A DNA stretch of 64,000 nt from Eledone cirrhosa (taxonomy: Eukaryota), in the NCBI GenBank assembly GCA_964016885.1, contig OZ024746.1:4402001-4466000 (forward strand), read 5' to 3'. The position numbers and the translations under genes were made by a program. The stretch's first letter is position 1. The number at the start of each line of letters is the position of its first letter. This document shows, in pieces, positions 56,345 to 64,000 of the stretch. The notes under the pieces are model-generated. The model saw only the letters and a program-made list of their open reading frames with translations. It had not been told where the DNA came from and made no database searches.

Positions 56345-57739
56345 CATTGCTCTCACTGATCATTTCTACGCACCAGAGCCATACGGACCCCCGAAAACCA
56401 CGATGAACTAAAGAAAATGATTGCACATGCGGTGGGGGCCAGCATAAAATTAACCCTTAAGGAACATATGTTCAAATTTAATGGAAAAACATATGCCCAA
56501 GAGGAGAGAGCAGCCATTGGTGTTAGCATTGCAGGCGACATAGCTAACTTATTCATGGTATGGTGGGACAGTAGACTTAAACTTAAACTTAAAGAACAAT
56601 TAGAAGACCCCTTAACCCTGATAATGTACTCCCGCTACGTTGATGATATAAACATCGTAGTTAAAACACCCCACTAGAGAACAGTCAGGAATTAGAGAAA
56701 AACACAATGGAAAGCATCCAGCAAATAGCTAACTCCATCCACCAGAGTATTAGAGTTACTATAGACTACCCAAGCAAACACCCCAACCATCGATTACCTG
56801 TACTAGACACAGAGCTCTGGTTAGATACCATTAGTAACAAAAAAAAATCCTCCATTCCCATTATGCCAAACCCATGACTTCCAAATATCGGACCATACCA
56901 AAATCAACATACTGATTGCGGATTTGGTACGGGTGATGAGAAACGTGTCCCGCATGTGCAACCCCGAAGAACTAGAGAGACACATACAACACTTCATCCA
57001 CCGTATGCAGTTCTCTGGTTACAATCAAAGAGATAAAATCAGAGTGTATAGAGGAGCCAGAACCAAATGGGAAAAAATGGTAAATAATGACACAAATGGG
57101 ACCTGCTCCTTGTATAGGAGCAAATTTTGGAATAGAATAGAAAGAACTAGGAATAAGGCTAATAGAATAAACTCATGGTATGATAGCAATAAATACCAGA
57201 GTGTAATGTTCATCGATACAACCCCTAAAGGTGAATTAGCTTACAAATTTAGAAGGGCCCTAGATAAACATAAACTCAATATTAAGATAGTAGAAAGACC
57301 AGGTACCTCCATAAAAACACTTATTAGCAGGACATACCCTTTTCACCGACCCCCCTGTATAGATAAGAAATGTATAACCTGTAAATTAAGCGCCCATATT
57401 AACTGTAAAACTAGAAATGTAGTATATAGCATAAGATGTACTGAAGGACAATGTAGAGATAAAAATATAGTGTACATTGGTGAGACAGCTCGTAGTGTAG
57501 GGGAACGGATAAATGAACACTAGCGAGACCTTCAAGATAGTAAAGAATCATCTGTACTCTACCAACATGCTAAAATAGAACATAAGGGTAAATTAGAGAA
57601 CATAGAAATAAAAATAGAATCTACACACAGAAAAGACGCAATGTTTAGATAAATCACAGAGGCAATAAACATAAAAGAATTACAACCAAAATTAAATAGA
57701 AAACATGAGTGGAACAGCAACATCACAACTTACAATTAA
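56345..57739 (+). pseudogene. 5'-truncated degenerate PLE RT + GIY-YIG ORF (different clade, Nematis/Neptune-like)
   Basis: AAIGVSIAGDIANLFM, RYVDD, LPVLD, Cys-rich linker, NVVY...VYIGETARSVGERINEH, SVLYQH, LNRK; several stops and frameshifts. Confidence 0.88.
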
Positions 57740-57940
57740 GGACAAAATGAAAACACACACGCACATAGAACAAACAACCAACTATTAACATGTAAATAAA
57801 CAAATAAATAAACGAATATAAACACACACAGACACCCGGATGTGGCGCATGCGCGGACTGAGCACACAATACACACACAGAAACAAGATGGCGTAGGACA
57901 GAACAAAGGAGAGGCACAAAAACAAAGAAAAGTCTCCCCA

Positions 57941-57983
57941 GTCACTGAATAGGTCACAGAATGTGTGACGAAAGAACTTTGAC
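57941..57983 (+). ncRNA. degenerate minimal HHR in pLTR of second PLE
   Basis: GTCA-CTGAATA-G-GTCAC-AGAATGT-GTGAC-GAA-AGAACT-T-TGAC. Confidence 0.55.
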
Positions 57984-58348
57984 AATATATAAACAACCAT
58001 CTGGTTGTGGAACCAACCAACCGGAAATTTATAAATTCCTAAATTTATAAATTTATTATAATAAATTGAAGTGAAAGCAACTGGTGCGTGTGTTTCTTAT
58101 TGGCAACATGACCCTCCCAAAGCATAACAATATCGGTTTCAACACACGTTTTCAGATAAAGAATCTTGCTAAACAAATTCAGAAACGAAATATATATATA
58201 TATTTATATATATATATATATAAACAAAGTTAATTTTACAACAGATTAGAAGCACTCAACGGTTTTTATCCGGAGTATCATTTAACCTCAATGAACTTAT
58301 TACATGAATTCACATGAAGATATGTCACTATCTTTACACCAATTATTA

Positions 58349-58409
58349 TATTTTATCTGACGAAATCGTACTTAAATATTAGTACCCTTGAAATACGTAT
58401 AATAAAATA
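58349..58409 (+). ncRNA. type I HHR (module C relative, 58225-58450)
   Basis: TATTTTAT-CTGACGA-AATCGTACT...AGTACCCTT-GAA-ATACGTAT-A-ATAAAATA. Confidence 0.8.
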
Positions 58410-58450
58410 AATATGGTTTTATAAAGATATTTTCCATTTATTAATATTAT

Positions 58451-58515
<65 letters not shown>

Positions 58516-58705
58516 GATAATTTAATATATCAACCAACATAAGCGCACAGATGCACGCCCATGCTAGCAAATACACAGGTTATGTCATAGTACCTAGGTG
58601 GTTCAATGCAGGAGAATGCAGAACAATAATATAAAAGACGTAAAATAAGAAAATATTTTTTTTTTAAATTTTAAAAAAATTTTTTACTTACTTACTTAAA
58701 TTTTC

Positions 58706-58787
58706 ACTCCAACTAATTAGTTTCTGCAATGGGATAAAGACAGTTACGTAATCCAACTGTCGAGAATTCATTGCGTCATCAGGGAGT
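58706..58787 (-). ncRNA. variant type I HHR (left arm)
   Basis: Reverse complement of 59757-59838. Confidence 0.8.
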
Positions 58788-59756
58788 CTATTCTCAGTTA
58801 AGTCTCCAGGCAATGCGCGGACACTGGCGGCTCATATAAAAATAATAATAATTCGGTAGATCGAACAGCTGGCGAGGACTGGATTCTATGTACCGAAATT
58901 CTCACTGCTACAGGTCAAATGGCCGATTCTAAAGAATCAATCACGTGACACAGAGGCTAGTTAGAAGGAATGGGATGGTAAGATGACTGACGCCTACTAA
59001 CACCCCAAAAAATTTTTTTAGAAGTGGTTTTGGCAAGTTTGCTCGACAAATCAGTGATTTAGAGATAAATATAGATAATTTAATATATCAACCAACATAA
59101 GCGCACAGATGCACGCCCATGCTAGCAAATACACAGGTTATGTCATAGTACCTAGGTGGTTCAATGCAGGAGAATGCAGAACAATAATATAAAAGACGTA
59201 AAATAAGAAAATATTTTTTTTTTAAATTCTTTAAAAATTTTTTACTTACTTACTTAAATTTAAGTAAGTAAGTAAAAAATTTAAGAAAATTTAAGTAAGT
59301 AAAAAATTTTTTAAGAATTTTTTTAAAAAATATTTTCTTATTTTACGTCTTTTATATTATTGTTCTGCATTCTCCTGCATTGAACCACCTAGGTACTATG
59401 ACATAACCTGTGTATTTGCTAGCATGGGCGTGCATCTGTGCGCTTATGTTGGTTGATATATTAAATTATCTATATTTATCTCCAAATCACTGATTTGTCG
59501 AGCAAACTTGCCAAAACCACTTCTAAAAAAATTTTCTGGGGTGTTAGTAGGCGTCAGTCATCTTACCATCCCATTCCTTCTAACTAGCCTCTGTGTCACG
59601 TGATTGATTCTTTAGAATCGGCCATTTGACCTGAAGCAGTGAGAATTTCGGTACATAGAATCCAGTCCTCGCCAGCTGTTCGATCTACCGAATTATTATT
59701 ATTTTTATATGAGCCGCCAGTGTCCGCGCATTGCCTGAAGACTTAACTGAGAATAG

Positions 59757-59838
59757 ACTCCCTGATGACGCAATGAATTCTCGACAGTTGGATTACGTAA
59801 CTGTCTTTATCCCATTGCAGAAACTAATTAGTTGGAGT
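59757..59838 (+). ncRNA. variant type I HHR (right arm)
   Basis: ACTCC-CTGATGA-C-GCAATG-[GACAGTT/AACTGTC hairpin]-CATTGC-A-GAA-ACTAATTAGT-T-GGAGT. Confidence 0.8.
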
Positions 59839-60176
59839 GAAAATTTAAGTAAGTAAGTAAAAAATTTTTTTTTAATTTTTTTTTTAAATATTTTCTTATT
59901 TTACGTCTTTTATATATATATATATATCGAAATGTGAGACTATTGCGTTAACAAGCGGAAAGAAATTTCTCAGTTCAATGAGTTTTTACTCGTAAATGTT
60001 CAAAAAGCTTCTTGAATTGTTACTCTCAGCTTCAGTTTCAGATATCAGCGTTCCAGTGATACCAGTCATTACTTCATTGGAAGCATGTAACCAACGATGA
60101 CAATGTTCACCAAATGTGATATATATACATATTGTGAGAGAGAGAGAGAAATAGATGACATCTTGTATATACATTG

Positions 60177-60244
<68 letters not shown>

Positions 60245-60579
60245 GGAAGCAGAAAATTGCATCTCAGTTTGTCACTACTTCCTAACTCTTCCCCCTTCCT
60301 CTCTCTCTCTCTCTCTCTATACTATTCCGTTTGTCCCCTCACCTTCTGATTCCTCTCTCTCTATATACTAGTAAATACAATTCCAAATAAATGTTTTCTA
60401 TATATATTAAGAATTATTTCAAGAGTAACTCACTCACTATTTTGAAAATTTGGACTGTGAACAACAATTATAATTGAGTGGCTGCTATTTGCAGTATAGC
60501 AATATAAGGTTGCACTTACCAATGAAACGGTCGTAAATACCTGGCTAAAATCCTTCTCTTAATGCTTACCTGTGTTTTC

Positions 60580-60689
<110 letters not shown>

Positions 60690-61339
60690 TATATGGCGTT
60701 GTATGAGGCTAATATAATCACATAAACGTGTCTAAATATACGTTGCCATATCAGTATGTTTTGCAAATACGTTTACGATATTTATCTATGTAAATTATAC
60801 AATTATATCGTGTTTATTGTTGCATTAGTATATTTATCTATCTGTGCTTCTATGTCTACATACATATCGATGCTGGTGTACTTATTTCTTACACTGTATC
60901 TATGTACATAGAGAAGAATAGTTATACAAACTTATCGAACACGAACTTATCAATATAGCCTTTGATTTTTTTTTGATTTTGTTTCATTTTTCATGGAACT
61001 AAAGAAAGTAATAGGAGACGCGGTCGGCCATTTTGCCAACTAATCCACTCACCTCGCGCAGTAATACATCATTTTCTTCATACATAAACACAGTAGTCCC
61101 TGTGGGTATTAACAATAACTTGAAACACTTTGAAGTAAATAGAAATGTGTGTGGCTCTGATAAGAAAATAAATGAAAAAAATTATTTATTGAAAATTTAT
61201 ATTTCAGTATTTACAGACGAGAATAAGTGGTTAAAACATTGAAAAGGAACATAGAGTTCCCATGTTCGTGACTTATTAATAATAATTTCAGCTTTTCTAC
61301 AGAGTGAAAATTCGCTATCCATCGAACTTCACCCCATGT

Positions 61340-62100
61340 CGTATCTATGACAACAGAGAGGAGGAAGAGGACTCACTAGCTATGAAATGTGTGTGAGGTC
61401 GGAGGAAAGGGATCTAGCATGGTATGTAAAGAATTCAAAGGAGAGATTGATGGCAGGAGTAAGAAAGATAAAGGTCCTAAACAGTGATGAAATAAAGGAA
61501 AGGGGAGAATTTAAACAAGACTGACTGAATTTATGAAATTCGCACTTGAAATGTCGGAGAGAGATGACAAAATTAGGAACTGAAAATAAACTAGGAAAAG
61601 GGACTTAAAAGTTTTGCAGCCCAGAAACAGACACTGTTGTTGTTACAGCTCACACCTCTGCAGATTTAGCTGGCCTCCTCCAAGGTATATCTCGTTGGAG
61701 GTGTCTTGGGTGATTTAATGATAGGAACCTCAGTCCTATCATCTCATTTCTACAGCTGAGTAAACTGGAGCAATGTGAAATAAAGTGTCTTGCTCAAGGA
61801 AACAACACATCACCCGGTCCGAGAATTGAACTCACAACCTTTCGATTGCAAGCCCAATGACCTAACCACTAAGCCATGCGCCTTCACTGAGAAGCAACTA
61901 TATCAAGTTCAATATTGACAAGCCTGTGAATTCTCCACTTTAAGCTGTGTGATGAGAAAGATGAGACAATAAAGCACATTATTAGTGAATGAAAGATGCT
62001 TGCTGAGAAAGAGTACAAGTGAAGGCAGGACAACATTGCTAGATTGGTTCAATGGAAGCTCTGTCATAAGTATAACATAAGTAGAAGTGTGGTAATGCCT
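61340..62100 (+). mobile_element. degenerate R4/Dong-clade non-LTR fragment interrupted by a SINE
   Basis: GGRGLTSYEMCVRSEERDLAWYVKNSKERLM...; LRSNYIKFNIDK...KLCDEKDETIKHIISE*KMLAEKEYK*RQDNIARLVQWKLC. Confidence 0.75.
61637..61884 (-). mobile_element. tRNA-derived SINE, family 2, with CACTG target-site duplication
   Basis: TGGCTTAGTGG A box, GAGTTCAATTCT B box, TCCTTGAGCAAGACACTT core, (CAA)n tail; CACTG at 61632 and 61885; fragment also at 33510-33572. Confidence 0.85.
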
Positions 62101-62387
62101 GGAGCTGAATAGGGAAATCAGCAACCTATAGAGAATCTACGATGATTTATATACAAGTGATAATCGTACAAGTATAGGTAAACAACCATTCAAACAGAAA
62201 CAGTTAATTAACACATATTTACACAGAACACAATACATATAACACCCGCGTATCACCAGGAATTATTAAAAGGGAGACAATTTAACCAAATACAAATTTC
62301 AAGTATATAAGCAGTATCAAATGTCGGACATTAGCAAGCGTAAGAAAAGCAGGGAAGAAGTATATGGTTATATTATTACTTGCATAA

Positions 62388-62541
62388 AGGGCGGTGGATT
62401 GGCAGTATCGGTAGAGGGACGGACGCCATGCATTGAAGCATAGAGTTACCTCCCTTTATGATCTGAGTTCAAATCCCGCCGAGGTTAACTTTGCCTTTCA
62501 TCCTTACGGGGTCGATAAAATAAAGTACCAGTAATGCACTG
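62388..62541 (+). mobile_element. SINE family 1
   Basis: GGGCGGTGGATTGGCAGTATCGG...GAGTTCAAATCC...GTACCAG. Confidence 0.92.
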
Positions 62542-62820
62542 AGATAAAGGTAGAAGCAATTATTATTCTTGTATTTGTTAGAATGTTTATAAGATGAGGT
62601 TAAATAATATACAAAGAGAGGAAAGTAAAAGGCAAAAATTAAAAGTAGTTCCGTGGCCACAATAGTAATTAGTTTTCACATTAATGGATATACAATATGT
62701 AAGATCTATATTATTATAAGTCGAGTTCCTCGTCCCAATACTAATGAAGAAATGGAGGACATAAGTTGGTGATATCAGGCGTACAGAGTTCAAAATCGGA
62801 ACTATGAATGACTGATCATA

Positions 62821-63011
62821 ATTGTTTCTACTTTTAGCACAAGACCAGCAATTATCCCAGTGTATTACTGGTATTTTATTTTACCGACCCTGTAAGGATG
62901 AAAGGCAAAGTTAACCTCGGCGGGATTTGAACTCAAGCCATAAAGGGACGTAACTCTTTGCTTCAAAGCATGGTGTCCGACCCTCTACCGATACTGCCAA
63001 TCTACCGCCCT
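62821..63011 (-). mobile_element. SINE family 1, full length
   Basis: Reverse complement of 62388-62541 plus tail. Confidence 0.92.
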
Positions 63012-63058
63012 TGAATGAATGGCTGATAATAATGCCAACTACTATTATGATCTTCATG

Positions 63059-63105
<47 letters not shown>

Positions 63106-63147
63106 GTATATATATCAATGTGTTTATGTATGTATCTCTCTCCCCCC

Positions 63148-63197
<50 letters not shown>

Positions 63198-64000
63198 GCA
63201 TGTATATATTCATTCATACATAATACATATATAATAGAGATGTGTCTGAGTTGATCATATATGCATACAATTATGCGCATAAAGATGCATGCATGTCTGT
63301 ATGTGGAAGATGGATGTGAGTATATACACCAGTCTATTGTTTCAATAAACAAGTTGCTTTATATATCATTATTACTGTTTATCTTACAGAGTATCGACTG
63401 TTGGCGCCTCTGTCTTTCCATACATAATTTCACAGAATGTTATGTAAGGCAAAATATTATAGTATCTCGCACAAATAGTTTCGTGGTAACAGATTATATT
63501 TGATAGTTTAAGAGAATGTGTTCGAGTCCTATTCTTAACTTTCCAACTAAATAGCCAGTATTTCTTTTATTCTAGACAAATGCAATAAATGATTTAGTTT
63601 CTTGAAGACAATTCGTACCAAGTGAATATGCTGTGGTTTGTCCACAAACTACAATCAACATCACAACACTATACTATATATCCATTACATTGTTAATCCG
63701 CTAATAAAATGGTTCTTCTTGAAATCTTTGCTGAATCCAACCTACTATAGACGTTCATCTATTGGCTTATGAGATTATAATCTTCCCTTCCGTGGCGGTA
63801 ACCCTCTCACATGACATGCGAGATGTAGTGCCACATCAAACAGCAAACTTTTAAATTCCGCGGAAGACCTAGATTTCGTTGCCCAACAAACTGACGATCG
63901 CAAGCTGATGAAATATCAACCATTTTGATAGACAGATTAATTATTGAAGATATAACGGTGGAAACCTCGGGCGTTCTAGTGTCCTCTGCGGTGGGACAGA

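Larger units (their letters stand above)
58511..59915. mobile_element. non-coding 558-bp-unit HHR element as a 1.4-kb head-to-head palindrome in (TA)n
   Basis: Direct repeat period 558 (58516/59074); mirror centre 59258/59259; each arm longer than one unit; no ORF. Confidence 0.92.

Noticed and set aside
62388-62480. tRNA gene from A and B boxes
   Set aside because: No cloverleaf; it continues into a SINE core and is multi-copy

Overview
AT-rich eukaryotic genomic DNA. The microsatellite load and SINE types suggest an octopod cephalopod (inference). No host gene can be called with confidence, and nearly all ORF-track entries are (TA)n/(CA)n/(GA)n artefacts. Supported content: (1) an intact Penelope-like element (PLE; RT plus C-terminal GIY-YIG, probably Hydra clade) at about 24169-30583 in a (TA)n tract, with an inverted 5' pseudo-LTR; (2) a second, degenerate PLE at about 56340-58190; (3) fragments of Tx1/L1, RTE, R4/Dong and CRE non-LTR retrotransposons; (4) about a dozen tRNA-derived SINEs and several minisatellites; (5) many short non-coding modules in (TA)n tracts, often as head-to-head palindromes, carrying type I hammerhead ribozyme (HHR) motifs with palindromic stem III. 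The strongest candidate for a new system is a non-canonical HHR (C10.1-A11.1 mismatch, long or branched stem II, GUU triplet). It is shared by the intact PLE and by a non-coding 558-bp tandem-unit, retrozyme-like element. Compensatory base changes support the fold, and the insertion junctions lie 5-10 nt from the predicted cleavage site. All family assignments are by motif recognition; no searches were run.
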